From positions 1 to 51,727 of the forward strand of contig JBCBZH010000001.1 of NCBI GenBank assembly GCA_039815415.1: a stretch of DNA of 51,727 nucleotides. Direction: 5' to 3'. Below the pieces are notes generated by a model. It did not search any database, had not been told where the DNA came from, and was given only the letters and a program-made list of their open reading frames with translations. The stretch's first letter is position 1. Every line of letters starts with the position of its first letter. The DNA comes from Bacteroidota bacterium. GTDB taxonomy: Bacteria; Bacteroidota; Rhodothermia; Rhodothermales; Rubricoccaceae. The position numbers and the translations under genes were made by a program. This document shows positions 1 to 12,657 of this stretch, one piece after another.

Positions 1-2496
1 CAGAGCCGCCGGTATGAGGAGCGCGAGGCTGCAGGCCGCCCTTCGATGAGCCGCCTGTACGTGGCCGAGTCCACGATGACGAACACGGGCGGCATGGCTG
101 ATCACCGCGTCGCGATGAAGGCCGGCAAGGTGCCGTTCTTCGCCAGCGCGCTGGCGAGTGCCCTCGGTGCAGGCGGCAACGCCTCTGTCGACATGACGGA
201 GTACGAGCAGGCCATGGTATCGGCCATCGCGGCTGACGTACAGAGTGCCTCCGGACGTGCCGTGTTCGTGGCTGGCGCTACGCAGCCACCCCAGGTTCAC
301 GCGCTGGCGGCCTCCCTCAACGGGCAGTACGGTAGCAGCGCCGTCGAGTACCTGGACACGCAGGCCGGGGCCATCGAGTCCGTGGGGCCGCAACTCCGCC
401 AGCTCGTGGCGGACATGAACAGCGGGGCCGTTGACGCCGTGCTCTGCCTGGACACCAACCCGGTCTACTCGCTCCCAGCCGATCTCCAGTTCGGAGAGGC
501 GATGGATGCTATGGCCGCGCGCGGTGGCGCAACGATCCACACCGGCCTCTGGCGCGACGAGACCGCTCAGCGGGCCACGTGGCACCTCCCAGCCACCCAC
601 TACCTCGAAGCGTGGGGCGATGCCCGTGCCTACGATGGCACGCTGTCAGTGATTCAGCCGCTGATTGCGCCGCTGTACGAGGACGCCCACTCGGGCCTCG
701 AAGTCCTCAACACGCTCACCACGGGCCGCACGGGCTCAGGCTACGATCAGGTCCGCGATGCCTTCCGCGGCCGCCTCACCGGATCGTTCGAGAACGAGTG
801 GCGGACCCTCCTCCACGATGGCTTCCTGCCGGGCACCGGCTTCGCGTCGATTGGCGCTGGCGGAGGCACGGCAGATCTGAGCGGCCTCACCGCTCCGGCT
901 GCGGATGACCTCGAGCTGGTGTTCCGCACCAGCCCGACGCTCTATGACGGCCACTTCTCCAACAACGCGTGGATGCAGGAGACGCCTGACCCCGTTACGA
1001 AGGTGACGTGGGATGGCGTTGCGCTGATGAGTGCCGCCACGGCACAGGAGCGGTTTGAGGTCAACGAAGAGGACATCGAGAAGGCAGGCAAGGCCTACGT
1101 GGACGTGGTCCGCATCACCTCGCCGAGCGGCGGGGTTGCCGAGCTTCCGATCTGGATTCAGCCCGGCCACCCGAACAACTCCGTGACGGTCTTCCTCGGC
1201 TACGGGCGCCAGCTCGAGTCGAGCCGCGAGATCAAGGACCAGAACATTTTCGAGCGCGTCTTCGACAAGGACGTGGATCCGTACGGATATGGCCCGGTCG
1301 CCAACATGGCCGGGGGCGGAGAGGGTCGGGATGCAGCCCTCCAGCGCGCGGAGCCGCTTCGCCAGCTCGATGGGATGACCATTGTGTCGGCGGTGAGCGC
1401 AGAGAAGGCCGAGCGGACCGACCGCAAGGGCTATCTCGTCGCCACAACGCAGGATCACGGTCGGATGCAGGGCGATCTGGCGATCGAGAGCAAGAGCCGC
1501 CTCATCGCACGCTACGCCTCGTTGGAGGAGTACAAGAAGGACGAGGACTTCGCCAGCGACGTCAGCCATTACGTCCAGGACCAGCCGTGGGAAGACTTCC
1601 CGTCGCTCTGGGGAGACGCGAATGAGGCGTCCGAGGACCCGCGCATCGCAGACGCCCTCTACTCGGAGAACCAGTGGGGCATGACGGTGGACCTCAACGC
1701 CTGTACGGGTTGCAATGCCTGCGTGACGGCCTGCCAGAGCGAGAACAACGTGCCGATTGTTGGCAAGGACCAGGTCTCGCGCGGACGCGAGATGCACTGG
1801 CTCCGTATGGACCGCTACTACGTGGGTGGCGAGGTGGATAAGGACCAGGATCCAGCCAACGTGGGGATGCTGACGCAGCCCATGATGTGTGTCCACTGCG
1901 AGAACGCGCCGTGCGAGCAGGTCTGCCCGGTCAACGCGACCGTCCACAGCCCGGACGGCATCAACGCGATGGTGTACAACCGCTGCATCGGTACGCGGTA
2001 TTGCGCCAACAACTGCCCGTACAAGGTGCGGCGCTACAACTTCTACAACTGGACCAAGGTGCTCCCTCAGGAGGTCTGGATGCAGTCCAACCCGTACGTC
2101 ACCGTCCGCTACCGAGGCGTGATGGAGAAATGCACCTTCTGCGTCCAGCGCATCCGCAAGGTGCAGCAGTACGCGCACGCGCAGGATCGTGCGGTCGAAG
2201 AAGGCGAAGTGGTTACAGCATGTCAGCAGGCCTGCGCGACCAACGCCATTGTGTTCGGGGATCTCACCGATCCGAACAGCGCAGTGGTCAAGAGCAAGCA
2301 GAGCCCACGCAACTACGCCGTCCTCGCCGAGCTGGCGATCAAGCCTCGACTGACCTACCTCGCCAGGATCCGGAACCCCAACCCGGCCCTCGCAGACTAC
2401 GATCCCTTCCGCCTGGAGCCGTCGGTTCCAAAGGCGTACGCTCCCTACGACGAAGAGGAGCCCGCTGAGGAATCGCACACCGAAGAGTCCGCCTAG
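1..2496 (+). CDS. actB: Alternative complex III subunit ActB (molybdopterin-like plus FeS ferredoxin module); 5' end lies outside the window
   Basis: The frame is open from nt 1 ([15 protein letters not shown] precedes the first Met at 46). The C-terminal half carries Cys clusters [37 protein letters not shown] and CTFC. An NrfD-like membrane subunit follows directly. Confidence 0.85.
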   Translation, partial: QSRRYEEREAAGRPSMSRLYVAESTMTNTGGMADHRVAMKAGKVPFFASALASALGAGGNASVDMTEYEQAMVSAIAADVQSASGRAVFVAGATQPPQVHALAASLNGQYGSSAVEYLDTQAGAIESVGPQLRQLVADMNSGAVDAVLCLDTNPVYSLPADLQFGEAMDAMAARGGATIHTGLWRDETAQRATWHLPATHYLEAWGDARAYDGTLSVIQPLIAPLYEDAHSGLEVLNTLTTGRTGSGYDQVRDAFRGRLTGSFENEWRTLLHDGFLPGTGFASIGAGGGTADLSGLTAPAADDLELVFRTSPTLYDGHFSNNAWMQETPDPVTKVTWDGVALMSAATAQERFEVNEEDIEKAGKAYVDVVRITSPSGGVAELPIWIQPGHPNNSVTVFLGYGRQLESSREIKDQNIFERVFDKDVDPYGYGPVANMAGGGEGRDAALQRAEPLRQLDGMTIVSAVSAEKAERTDRKGYLVATTQDHGRMQGDLAIESKSRLIARYASLEEYKKDEDFASDVSHYVQDQPWEDFPSLWGDANEASEDPRIADALYSENQWGMTVDLNACTGCNACVTACQSENNVPIVGKDQVSRGREMHWLRMDRYYVGGEVDKDQDPANVGMLTQPMMCVHCENAPCEQVCPVNATVHSPDGINAMVYNRCIGTRYCANNCPYKVRRYNFYNWTKVLPQEVWMQSNPYVTVRYRGVMEKCTFCVQRIRKVQQYAHAQDRAVEEGEVVTACQQACATNAIVFGDLTDPNSAVVKSKQSPRNYAVLAELAIKPRLTYLARIRNPNPALADYDPFRLEPSVPKAYAPYDEEEPAEESHTEESA

Positions 2497-2510
2497 ACAC
2501 CCCCATCCCT

Positions 2511-4112
2511 GTGGCAACCGTCACCTCAAAGACCGCTTACGCCCGCTCCGGCGACGGCGAGCCGACCTACCCGGATGGCACGCCGCTGACGTTGGAGGAC
2601 GCCCCCCTCGTGGAGGGCAACCTGTCCTTCCACGACATCACCGAGCTGGTGTCCTACCACACCGAGAAGAAGACCCCCATTGGGTGGTACCTGGCCTTCG
2701 GGCTGGCACAGGTCGGAATGGCGTGCTTCACCGTTGCCATTGCCTACCTGGTCTGGAATGGACCGGGTGTGTGGGGGCTCAATAACCCCGTCTTCTGGGG
2801 CTGGGCCATCGTCAACTTCGTGTTCTGGGTTGGCATCGGTCACGCCGGAACGCTGATCTCGGCCGTCCTTTTCCTGTTCCGGCAGAAGTGGCGAACGTCG
2901 ATCAACCGAGCGTCGGAGGCGATGACGCTCTTCGCCGTGGCGTGTGCCCTCGTCTTCCCGACGTTCCACGTCGGCCGTGTGTGGGTGATCTACTACACGC
3001 TGCCGCTGCCGAACTCGATGGCAATGTGGCCCAACTTCAAGAGCCCGCTGCTCTGGGACGTGTTTGCGGTCTCCATCTACGGGACGGTCTCGTTGCTGTT
3101 CTGGTATGTGGGCCTCATCCCGGACCTCGCCACTCTGCGGGACCGCGCGGCCAAGACGGGCCGGACGCTCCGGGCGCGCATCATGGCCTTCTTTAGCCTC
3201 GGCTGGACGGGGTCCAACCGTCACTGGCGCCATTACGAGCGGGCCTACCTGCTGCTCGCCGGGCTGGCGACCCCGCTGGTGCTCTCGGTGCACTCGGTCG
3301 TCTCCTTCGACTTTGCCGTGTCGCTTGTGCCGGGCTGGCACACCACCATCTTCCCGCCCTACTTCGTGGCGGGCGCCATCTTCTCCGGCTTCGCCATGGT
3401 GGTGACGCTGATGGTGGTGTCTCGGAAGGTGTTCAATCTCGAGAACCTGATCACGATGGATCACCTCGAGAAGATGAACATCATCATTCTCGTGACCGGT
3501 ACCATCGTCGGCTTTGCCTACATCACGGAGTTCTTTGTGGCGTGGTACTCCGGGGTCATCTACGAGCAATACGCCTTTGCCAACCGAGCCTTCGGGGACT
3601 ACGCGTGGGCCTACTGGGCGATGATGAGCTGCAACCTCATCTTCCCGCAGGTCTTCTGGTTCAAGAAGTTCCGCCGGTCGATCCCGATCATGTTCGCCAT
3701 CTCGATCACGACCAACATCGGGATGTGGTTCGAGCGCTTCGTGATCACCGTGACCAGCCTCCACAACGACTTCCTGCCGTCGAGCTGGGACTACTACACG
3801 CCAACGATCTGGGACGCGCTTCTCTTCCTGGGCACGTTCGGGCTGTTCTTCACGCTCTTCCTGCTGTTCCTCCGCTTCGTTCCGATGGTTGCCATCGCCG
3901 AGGTGAAGGGGGTGATGCCGCAGGCCGATCCGCACTTCTACCACCACTCGGGCGATGGCCACTCGGCCGATCCTCAGCTCGAGGTGGCCGGCAGTTCTTC
4001 TTACCAGCAGGACGCCCACGTCCAGTCCACAGACAGCGAGCTGGCTGCTGACGAGGGATCTGTGGATTCGTCTGCGGATGTGGATACCTCTGACACCGAC
4101 GACCGCGCCTAA
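2511..4112 (+). CDS. actC: Alternative complex III subunit ActC (NrfD/PsrC-like polytopic quinol-interacting membrane protein)
   Basis: 533-aa highly hydrophobic ORF. GTG start 14 nt after the actB stop. Position in the act gene order. Confidence 0.85.
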   Translation: MATVTSKTAYARSGDGEPTYPDGTPLTLEDAPLVEGNLSFHDITELVSYHTEKKTPIGWYLAFGLAQVGMACFTVAIAYLVWNGPGVWGLNNPVFWGWAIVNFVFWVGIGHAGTLISAVLFLFRQKWRTSINRASEAMTLFAVACALVFPTFHVGRVWVIYYTLPLPNSMAMWPNFKSPLLWDVFAVSIYGTVSLLFWYVGLIPDLATLRDRAAKTGRTLRARIMAFFSLGWTGSNRHWRHYERAYLLLAGLATPLVLSVHSVVSFDFAVSLVPGWHTTIFPPYFVAGAIFSGFAMVVTLMVVSRKVFNLENLITMDHLEKMNIIILVTGTIVGFAYITEFFVAWYSGVIYEQYAFANRAFGDYAWAYWAMMSCNLIFPQVFWFKKFRRSIPIMFAISITTNIGMWFERFVITVTSLHNDFLPSSWDYYTPTIWDALLFLGTFGLFFTLFLLFLRFVPMVAIAEVKGVMPQADPHFYHHSGDGHSADPQLEVAGSSSYQQDAHVQSTDSELAADEGSVDSSADVDTSDTDDRA

Positions 4113-4115
4113 GCC

Positions 4116-4790
4116 ATGTTCGACTCCATTCGCCAGCGCGCCGCCGACCAGCACGTGGGGCTCCTCGCGGAGTTCTCCGACCCCGGTGCGCTCTACGACG
4201 CCATGAAGGCGATCCGAAAGAAGGGCTACACCAAGGTGGACACCTTCAGCCCGTTCCCCATCCACGGCATGGACGCCGCGATGGGTCTTAAGACCTCGCC
4301 GCTGGGCTTCTTCGTGTTCGTGGGCGGAGCCACAGGCCTCTTGCTCGCCATCTTCCTCCAATGGTGGACGAGCGCTGGTGGTCAACCCGACTGGCTGGCG
4401 ACGTACCTCCAGGGATATCCCATCAACATCTCGAACAAGCCGCTGTTTGCGTGGGAGCCCAGTGTGCCCATCATGTTCGAGCTGACGGTGTTGTTCTCGG
4501 CGCTGACCGCCATCGGTGGCATGCTGGCGCTCAATGGCCTTCCGAAGCCGTACAACCCACTCTTCTTCTCGGAGCGCTTCTCGAGCGCCACCGATGATGG
4601 CTTCTTCCTTCATGTGGGCGTGAACGACGCGCAGTTCGACGCCAGCTCGACGGCCAGCGATCTCTTCGATGCCGGTGCGCTCGGAGTGGAGTCCATCTCG
4701 CATGACGGCGCAGAACCCGTCTCTGCTCCAGGCGAGACCGTCCCGGTTCAGCACACACCCGCACCGGCTCCCATCGCTGGCGACATCTAG
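4116..4790 (+). CDS. actD: Alternative complex III subunit ActD-like membrane protein
   Basis: 224-aa ORF starting 3 nt after the actC stop. It has a soluble N-terminal part followed by two hydrophobic helices. The call rests on position between actC and the monohaem actE. Confidence 0.7.
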   Translation: MFDSIRQRAADQHVGLLAEFSDPGALYDAMKAIRKKGYTKVDTFSPFPIHGMDAAMGLKTSPLGFFVFVGGATGLLLAIFLQWWTSAGGQPDWLATYLQGYPINISNKPLFAWEPSVPIMFELTVLFSALTAIGGMLALNGLPKPYNPLFFSERFSSATDDGFFLHVGVNDAQFDASSTASDLFDAGALGVESISHDGAEPVSAPGETVPVQHTPAPAPIAGDI

Positions 4791-4792
4791 CC

Positions 4793-4829
4793 GATCCGTG
4801 ATGTGAGGAGAAGACCTCCATCACGGATC
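4793..4829. repeat. Intercistronic inverted repeat between actD and actE (arms GATCCGTGATG / CATCACGGATC, 11 bp, 15-nt loop), related to the GATGCGTGAT-type repeat family
   Basis: Read directly: 4793-4803 pairs perfectly with 4819-4829. CATCACGGATCACGCATC (4819-4836) resembles the copies at 5541-5566 and 33868-33931. Confidence 0.7.
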
Positions 4830-4843
4830 ACGCATCTCTTACC

Positions 4844-5497
4844 ATGCACATCCGTCTCTCCGTTGTTCTCATCGCACTGGTCGCCTTCAGTGGCTGCCGG
4901 GGGATGAAGAGCGAGAAGACCCCCATTCACCCGAACCTCAACATGGACTTTGTTGAGCGCTTCGAGGCACAGGAGGCCAACCCGCTGTTTGCCGACGGTG
5001 CAGCCATGCGCCAACCCGTGGCCGGGACGGTCGCACGCGGCCAGCTCAGAACTACCGACAATGCACCGTTCCACTTCGGGCGCAATGCAGACGGGTCGCT
5101 TGTAGAGACGGTCCCCGTGGAGGTATCGGCCGCAATGCTTGAGCGGGGGCGGGAGCGCTACAACATCTACTGCTCCATGTGCCACGGAATTGCCGGCGAT
5201 GGGAATGGGATCATCATGGTGGGCAACAACGGTCAGGGCTATGGCTATGTCCCCGCGCCGACCTACCACAGCGAAACCCTCCGCTCGCAGCCGGATGGCT
5301 ACATCTACGACGTGATCCTCAACGGCGTCAACAACATGCCGAGCTACGGCCAGGCGATGCCGCCAGATGATCGCTGGGCTGTGGTCGCCTACATCCGCGC
5401 GCTCCAGCTGTCGCAGGCGGCACCCGAAAGCGTCCTCCCCGACGCTGAGCTCGAACGTCTCGCGACGTCCAACCCGAACTCTCCGATCCAGAACTGA
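4844..5497 (+). CDS. actE: Alternative complex III subunit ActE, monohaem cytochrome c lipoprotein
   Basis: Lipoprotein-type signal (LIALVAFSGC), a single CxxCH motif (CSMCHG) and a downstream Met-rich region (NNMPSYGQAMP). Confidence 0.8.
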   Translation: MHIRLSVVLIALVAFSGCRGMKSEKTPIHPNLNMDFVERFEAQEANPLFADGAAMRQPVAGTVARGQLRTTDNAPFHFGRNADGSLVETVPVEVSAAMLERGRERYNIYCSMCHGIAGDGNGIIMVGNNGQGYGYVPAPTYHSETLRSQPDGYIYDVILNGVNNMPSYGQAMPPDDRWAVVAYIRALQLSQAAPESVLPDAELERLATSNPNSPIQN

Positions 5498-5566
5498 TGC
5501 GTGGTTTGGAACGCGTGAGGCCTCGGTAGAGGCTCGCCACGCATCCCGAATCACGGGTCACGCATC
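5496..5566. repeat. Intercistronic stem-loop plus GATGCGTGAT-family repeat copies between actE and actF
   Basis: GATGCGTGG (5496-5504) pairs with CCACGCATC (5537-5545). It is followed by CCCGAATCACGGGTCACGCATC, which repeats the same word. Confidence 0.6.
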
Positions 5567-5573
5567 CACCCCG

Positions 5574-6968
5574 ATGTCCAACCCCATCACCCGTCTTCTC
5601 TTCGACCCGGTGGACCCGGACCGCGAGGCCGTACCCCGCCGGTATCAGTTCGATGGTGCCTCGCGCTGGTGGACGATCCCGCTCGGCGTCGGCCTCGCGC
5701 TGGTGGCCGTGACCGCATTCGTCGGCGTCATGGCAGGCTCCACTACGAAGACGCTCTTCGCCTACCTCATCGCGTGGTCGTTCTGCGTGTCTATTGCGCT
5801 GGGTGCCACGTTTTTCGTGATGATCCAGCACGTGACGCGGGCCAAGTGGAGCACCACCATTCGGCGCATCCCGGAGGCCATGATGGCCTCGTTCCCGATC
5901 CTCGGGCTGGCGGGCATTCCCATTCTTCTGGGCATGCACGACCTGTTCCACTGGAGCCACGCGGAGCTGTATGTGAAGGACACGGCGTACTACGACAGCA
6001 TCCTCTACGGCAAGGCCGGCTACTTCTTCTGGCCCATGGCGAAGGGCGGCTTCCCGCTGTTCTTCGTGGCTCGGTTCATCGGCTATTTCCTCGTGTGGAC
6101 GTGGCTCGGCACGAAGCTCTACCGCGCCTCGGTGCAGAACGACACGACGCCGAGTCTCGACAACACGAAGCTGCTCTACAAGTGGAGTGCCATTGGCATC
6201 CCCATCATGGCGGTCACTACGGCCTTCGCCAGCTACGACTTCATCATGTCCACAGACCCGCACTGGTTCTCGACCATGTTCGGGGTCTACTTCTTCGCAG
6301 GCGGCTGGCTCGGGGCGCTGTGCCTCATCACGTTCATGGCGCTGCTGCTCAAGAAGGGCGGGATGCTGAACATGGAGGTGACCACCGAGCACATCCAGGA
6401 CATGGGCAAGTTCATGTTCGCCTTCGTCGTCTTCTGGACGTACATCGCGTTCAGCCAGTACATGCTCTACTGGTACGCCAACCTGCCTGAAGAGACCGTC
6501 TGGTACCTGAAGCGGTTCACCGGAGGCTGGGGGATCGTCGCGGCGGCTCTGTTCATCTTCCACTTCGTGCTGCCGTTCCTCATTCTCATCTTCCGCAGCG
6601 CGAAGCGGATCTACCCCGTCATCGCCACCATGGCTGTCTGGCTGTTGGTGATGCACTGGGTGGACCTCTGGTGGATGACCATGCCGTCGATGTTGCCCGA
6701 GGCAGCGGCTGGACACGCCAGCGCGATGCTCTCCGACGGCGGAGCCTTCCTCGCGTCCCTCCAGACCATGCCTGACGCTGTCGCTGCCCCGATGTATGAC
6801 ATCCACCTCGAGCGCGTTGACGCAGCGGTTCCTGCGCTAGAGTTTGGGATGTGGCTCGGCATGTTTAGCCTCTTCATGGGCTCCATCTTTCTGCGGCTTA
6901 GCCGCCACGCGCTGACGCCGTACGCCGACCCCTACTTCGCAGACTCGCTCAAGTTCGAGAATGTGTGA
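5574..6968 (+). CDS. actF: Alternative complex III subunit ActF (second NrfD-like membrane subunit)
   Basis: Polytopic membrane protein. I moved the start to ATG 5574 (MSNPITRLLF) because the ORF-track N-terminus (5367-5573) overlaps actE and is Arg/Ser-rich, non-protein-like sequence. Confidence 0.75.
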   Translation: MSNPITRLLFDPVDPDREAVPRRYQFDGASRWWTIPLGVGLALVAVTAFVGVMAGSTTKTLFAYLIAWSFCVSIALGATFFVMIQHVTRAKWSTTIRRIPEAMMASFPILGLAGIPILLGMHDLFHWSHAELYVKDTAYYDSILYGKAGYFFWPMAKGGFPLFFVARFIGYFLVWTWLGTKLYRASVQNDTTPSLDNTKLLYKWSAIGIPIMAVTTAFASYDFIMSTDPHWFSTMFGVYFFAGGWLGALCLITFMALLLKKGGMLNMEVTTEHIQDMGKFMFAFVVFWTYIAFSQYMLYWYANLPEETVWYLKRFTGGWGIVAAALFIFHFVLPFLILIFRSAKRIYPVIATMAVWLLVMHWVDLWWMTMPSMLPEAAAGHASAMLSDGGAFLASLQTMPDAVAAPMYDIHLERVDAAVPALEFGMWLGMFSLFMGSIFLRLSRHALTPYADPYFADSLKFENV

Positions 6969-7084
6969 TCGCGTCGGCGGAGCCTTCGCTTGAGGGCTGC
7001 TGCAGGGCCGGAACCCGTCCTGTTTGCAATCCTTTCAATAAAAACTGAAAACAGTCCGGCCTGGTCCGGCGTTTCTTTGCCACG

Positions 7085-7750
7085 ATGGACGACAACGCGA
7101 CCCCTGCTCTGCCTGAGGATCCTGAGGCCACGCCACACACAGGCGAGGCGCTTCCGCCTGAACTGGAGGAGCCCAATGGCCCTCTTCCAGGTCTCGTCAA
7201 CACGGCCAAGCTGGAAGTGGAGGCAGAGCTTGGCGACGACAGCGCCGAAGCCCTCCTCGCCCAGATGGGAGTGGAGGACGAAGGCCTCGAGTCCGGCCAG
7301 CTCCTGGGCATGGTCCTCTCCATCGTGGTCAGCGTGGCTGCACTGGCGTTCGGACTGATCTACCTGTTCATCATTCCACTCCAGCAGCAAACCGCCGACG
7401 AAGCCGAGATTGGGACCGAGTACCCTGAGCTGGCGTCTGCGACCGCAGCAGGAGAGTCCCAGCTGAATGACTATCGGACAGTCGATGGAGGCTATGGTGT
7501 CCCCGTCGAGCGTGCGATGGAGGTCATTGCAACTCAGTATGATTCCACAGCGGGTGCGGCAGGCGCCAGGACGCGTCAGGAGTTCAACACGGCATGGATT
7601 GACCTCGGGCCGGATGCCGCGGTACGTGAAGCCACGGGACGTGAGACGCTCAGCGATGTGGTGGCGCCCGTAGACGATGAGGCGTCCGAGGACGCGACGG
7701 ATGCCGCAGAGACACCGGAAGAGCCCGACGACGAGGAGCCTAGAGAGTAA
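7085..7750 (+). CDS. Very acidic single-pass membrane protein of unknown function, placed between the ACIII and oxidase genes
   Basis: 221 aa with one central hydrophobic helix (LLGMVLSIVVSVAALAFGLIYLFII) and Asp/Glu-rich N- and C-terminal tails. An AT-rich spacer precedes it (7020-7084). I recognise no family motif. Confidence 0.5.
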   Translation: MDDNATPALPEDPEATPHTGEALPPELEEPNGPLPGLVNTAKLEVEAELGDDSAEALLAQMGVEDEGLESGQLLGMVLSIVVSVAALAFGLIYLFIIPLQQQTADEAEIGTEYPELASATAAGESQLNDYRTVDGGYGVPVERAMEVIATQYDSTAGAAGARTRQEFNTAWIDLGPDAAVREATGRETLSDVVAPVDDEASEDATDAAETPEEPDDEEPRE

Positions 7751-7752
7751 CC

Positions 7753-8691
7753 ATGTGGATTCGCGGCTCCCTGGGATGTTTCGTGGCCGCCGTCGTTCTG
7801 GCGGCGTCTGCATCGGTGCAGGCAAGAGTCGTGTTTCAAGCGCCCGTGCTGGCGCAGGTCACGTTCCCCTCGGACTTCCGGGCCACGGATGCAGAGAAAG
7901 TAGAGGGCGCCCTCCCGAACCGCCTCGAAGGCCAGACGCTGATTGACGAGCAACTCGGGCGCCGCATCTCACGGGACCTTCAGTTCCTGAACGAGCAGGG
8001 CGAGACCGCCGAGCTGGCGTCCCTGATGGACAACGAAAAGCCGGTGGTGGTGGCGTTTGTCTACCACAACTGCCCGATGCTCTGCAGCCTCATTCTAGAC
8101 GGCGCCGTGGAGGCCATGGCCTCTACGGACCTCGAGGTGGGCCAGGACTACGACCTGCTCGCCGTCTCGTTCGACCCCAACGACACGCCAGCTCGAGCCG
8201 ATAGCGTGAAGACGCGCTACCTGCGGTCTCTCGGCCCGGATGCCGCAGAGGGCATGCACTTCTGGACCGTCACGCCCGAGACGGAGGAGAACGTGGAGAG
8301 CCTTGCTCGCCAGGCGGGCTTCGGCTATGCGTACGATCCAGTGATCGGCGAGTACGGCCACAGCGCGGCGCTCATCTTCCTCAGCCCGGATGGGGTGGTG
8401 ACGCGCTATCTCTACGGCGTCGTCCACGAGCCTCGCAACTTCCGCCTCGCGCTGGTGGAAGCCGGACAGGGCACCGTCGGGACCACCATCGACCGGTTTC
8501 TGATGACGTGCTACCAGTACGATCCGGACGCTCGCGGGTACGCGTTCTACGCCCCGCTGGCGCTGAAGCTTGGCGGGGTACTGCTGCTGCTCGTTTTTGG
8601 TGGCCTTCTGGCCCGACTGTGGCTGCGTGAAGGTCAGCGACAGGCCATCGACAACTCAGCGGGCGATCTTCCCGCCGATCCTGCACTATAA
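7753..8691 (+). CDS. SCO1/SenC family copper chaperone (thioredoxin fold) for CuA assembly
   Basis: Signal/anchor N-terminus, a CxxxC motif in the typical context (VYHNCPMLCSLI), a downstream His (YGHSAALIFLSPDG) and a C-terminal TM helix. It sits directly upstream of coxB. Confidence 0.8.
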   Translation: MWIRGSLGCFVAAVVLAASASVQARVVFQAPVLAQVTFPSDFRATDAEKVEGALPNRLEGQTLIDEQLGRRISRDLQFLNEQGETAELASLMDNEKPVVVAFVYHNCPMLCSLILDGAVEAMASTDLEVGQDYDLLAVSFDPNDTPARADSVKTRYLRSLGPDAAEGMHFWTVTPETEENVESLARQAGFGYAYDPVIGEYGHSAALIFLSPDGVVTRYLYGVVHEPRNFRLALVEAGQGTVGTTIDRFLMTCYQYDPDARGYAFYAPLALKLGGVLLLLVFGGLLARLWLREGQRQAIDNSAGDLPADPAL

Positions 8692-8716
8692 AGCCTCCGG
8701 CACATGCCGGACTCGC

Positions 8717-9799
8717 ATGCAATCCATCGCTCCTCTCGCTGCGGACTCGACCGTCGGACGCTCAGAATTCTGGGTGGACGGAGCCTCGACGTGGCTCCCG
8801 CCGCAGTCGTCGACCACAGCACACGAGATCGACGCTCTCTTCTACTTCATCCTCTACTCCAGCACCATCCTGACACTGATCGTGCTGGCGGCGATGATCT
8901 ACTTCATCGTGAAGTACCGCCGGAAGAGCCACGCCGACCGACCTCAAGAGGTGCACGAGAGCAAGTGGCTCGAGATCTCCTGGATCGTCGTCCCGACGCT
9001 TCTCGTGATGATCGTGTTCTTTTGGGGCTTCCGTGCCTACGTGAGCACCACAGTGCCTCCAGCGAATGCCTACGAGATCGACGTGGTGGGGAAGAAGTGG
9101 AACTGGACGTTCCAGTATGCCAACGGGGTTGAGATTGCAGGGCAAGAAGGGCTTGTCGTGCCCGTCAACACGCCCATCAAGCTCCGGATGACGAGCGTCG
9201 ATGTGCTCCACAGCTTCTTCGTGCCCGAGTTCCGCATCAAGCACGACGTATTGCCAGGACGCTACTCGTATGTCTGGTTTGAAGCTCCGGAGGAGGGGAT
9301 CTACCAGGTGGTCTGCACAGAGTACTGTGGCACATCTCACTCCGACATGGGCGCTCGGATTCGAGTGGTAAGCCAGGGAGAGTTCAACGAGTTCCTCCCC
9401 GATGGCTACAGCACCGGCCCGATGATGCCTGTGGCGATGGGCGAGCGGATGCATGCCGCGCAGGGTTGCAATGCGTGTCACTCCATCGATGGCTCACCAG
9501 GCGTGGGGCCGACGTGGCAGAACATCTGGGGAGAGCCACGGCCGGGCAGTGAGCAAGGCGTGGTCAATGAGGAGTACGTCTATGAGTCGATCGCAAACCC
9601 CAACGTATACAAGACGCCAGGCTACGAGTCTGGCAACATGGCGCCGTACGAGCTAGATGAGGACCAGCTGGCGGGCATTGCAGCCTATATCCGGCAATTG
9701 AGCGGCGCGATGCTGCCCTCCGACACCCTGCTCGCGGTCCCCGACATTGTGACGGACACAACGGCCTCTGCTCCTGACGCCGCCGCACCCGTCGAGTAA
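8717..9799 (+). CDS. coxB: Cytochrome c oxidase subunit II with fused C-terminal cytochrome c domain (caa3-type)
   Basis: Two N-terminal TM helices, a CuA motif (HSFFVPEF ... CTEYCGTSHSDM) and a C-terminal CNACHS haem-c motif. The start is set at ATG 8717 (MQSIAPL) to avoid overlap with the SCO1 gene. Confidence 0.9.
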   Translation: MQSIAPLAADSTVGRSEFWVDGASTWLPPQSSTTAHEIDALFYFILYSSTILTLIVLAAMIYFIVKYRRKSHADRPQEVHESKWLEISWIVVPTLLVMIVFFWGFRAYVSTTVPPANAYEIDVVGKKWNWTFQYANGVEIAGQEGLVVPVNTPIKLRMTSVDVLHSFFVPEFRIKHDVLPGRYSYVWFEAPEEGIYQVVCTEYCGTSHSDMGARIRVVSQGEFNEFLPDGYSTGPMMPVAMGERMHAAQGCNACHSIDGSPGVGPTWQNIWGEPRPGSEQGVVNEEYVYESIANPNVYKTPGYESGNMAPYELDEDQLAGIAAYIRQLSGAMLPSDTLLAVPDIVTDTTASAPDAAAPVE

Positions 9800-9829
9800 C
9801 CCTTTTTTTCTGATTCGCTCCGATCCGTC

Positions 9830-11644
<1,815 letters not shown>

Positions 11645-11709
11645 TCGCCAGCTCGACATTCGCTCCCGTAGCGTTTCAGAATCCGCTTTCGGCCTCACCC
11701 GGCTCTCTC

Positions 11710-12609
11710 ATGGCAACACCTACCGTCACTGTTGACGATCCTCATGTGGCCGAGCACGGCGGTGCTCATGGCGACGGCCACCACGGCGCCGAGTTGGCGA
11801 AGGGCTACGACGGAAACATGTACCCGTCGAGGAAGCAGTTCTTCTTCCACTCCTCGGAGCAGCAGTTCGAGGCCTCGAAGCTGGGCATGTGGCTCTTCCT
11901 GGCAACGGAGATCCTGCTCTTCGGCGGAATGTTCGTGGCCTACGGCATCTTCCGCGCGCTCTATCCGGAGGTGTGGGAAGCGGCCAGCCTCCAGCTCGAC
12001 ACGCTCCTTGGTGCGGCCAACACGGTGGTCCTTCTGCTCTCGTCGCTGACGATGGTGTGGGCGATCCGAGGCATTCAGATGGACAACCGGAAGGTGCTCA
12101 TCGGCAACCTGCTGGCAACCATCTTTTTGGCGTCCGCTTTCTTGGTGGTCAAGTACTTCGAGTACGAGCTCAAATTCCACTACGGCATCTTCCCGGGCAG
12201 CAACTTCGAGCTGGCGGAGGACACGCAGACGGTGAGCGAGCTGTCGGGCGTTCCCGCGCTGGAGCCCATCGTGGTGGTGGAGGGGCACGCGGGCGATGCC
12301 GGGCACTCTGAGGAGGCGGCTGCGGGCGACGGCTACGCCGAAGCCGCACTCTCTGAAGAGGAGATCGCCAAGCAAGAGATCTTCCATGAGCGGCGCGCAG
12401 GCATCTTCTTCGCCATCTACTACATGATGACGGGGATCCACGCGATCCACATTCTCATTGGCATCGTCGCCATCGGGATTCTGGCGTGGAAGGCATGGAA
12501 GGGCGCGTACTCTAGTGTGTGGTACACGCCAGTCGAGAACGTGGGCCTGTACTGGCACATCGTCGACATCATCTGGATTTTTGTCTTCCCCCTGATGTAT
12601 CTCATCTGA
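11710..12609 (+). CDS. coxC: Cytochrome c oxidase subunit III
   Basis: Subunit-III-like helices (KLGMWLFLATEILLFGGMF, YWHIVDIIWIFVFPLMYL) with an acidic insertion in the middle. Confidence 0.85.
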   Translation: MATPTVTVDDPHVAEHGGAHGDGHHGAELAKGYDGNMYPSRKQFFFHSSEQQFEASKLGMWLFLATEILLFGGMFVAYGIFRALYPEVWEAASLQLDTLLGAANTVVLLLSSLTMVWAIRGIQMDNRKVLIGNLLATIFLASAFLVVKYFEYELKFHYGIFPGSNFELAEDTQTVSELSGVPALEPIVVVEGHAGDAGHSEEAAAGDGYAEAALSEEEIAKQEIFHERRAGIFFAIYYMMTGIHAIHILIGIVAIGILAWKAWKGAYSSVWYTPVENVGLYWHIVDIIWIFVFPLMYLI

Positions 12610-12657
12610 TGCGTGAGGTCCCTGCAGACACCCTCACGTATTACGCTTCTCTGATTC

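Noticed and set aside
736-2517. 593-aa ORF on the minus strand
   Set aside because: It is fully antisense to actB, whose FeS motifs confirm the + frame. The product is Arg/Gly/Val/His-rich with no motif. This is a typical shadow ORF of high-GC DNA.
2526-4754. 742-aa ORF on the minus strand
   Set aside because: It is antisense to actC and actD. The composition is Arg/Glu/His-rich and not protein-like.
5367-5573. ORF-track N-terminal extensions (actF here; likewise coxB 8570-8716, aminotransferase 25475-25555, helicase 28601-28726, moaC 48464-48583 and the DUF2723 gene 19520-19726)
   Set aside because: The extensions overlap neighbouring genes or repeat elements and are Arg/Ser/Pro-rich. Internal Met codons give family-typical N-termini and lengths.
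7019-7084. AT-rich stretch (TTTGCAATCCTTTCAATAAAAACTGAAAACAG) as a possible Bacteroidota-type promoter for the gene at 7085
   Set aside because: It is plausible, but I cannot place convincing -33/-7 elements by eye, so it is not reported as a feature.
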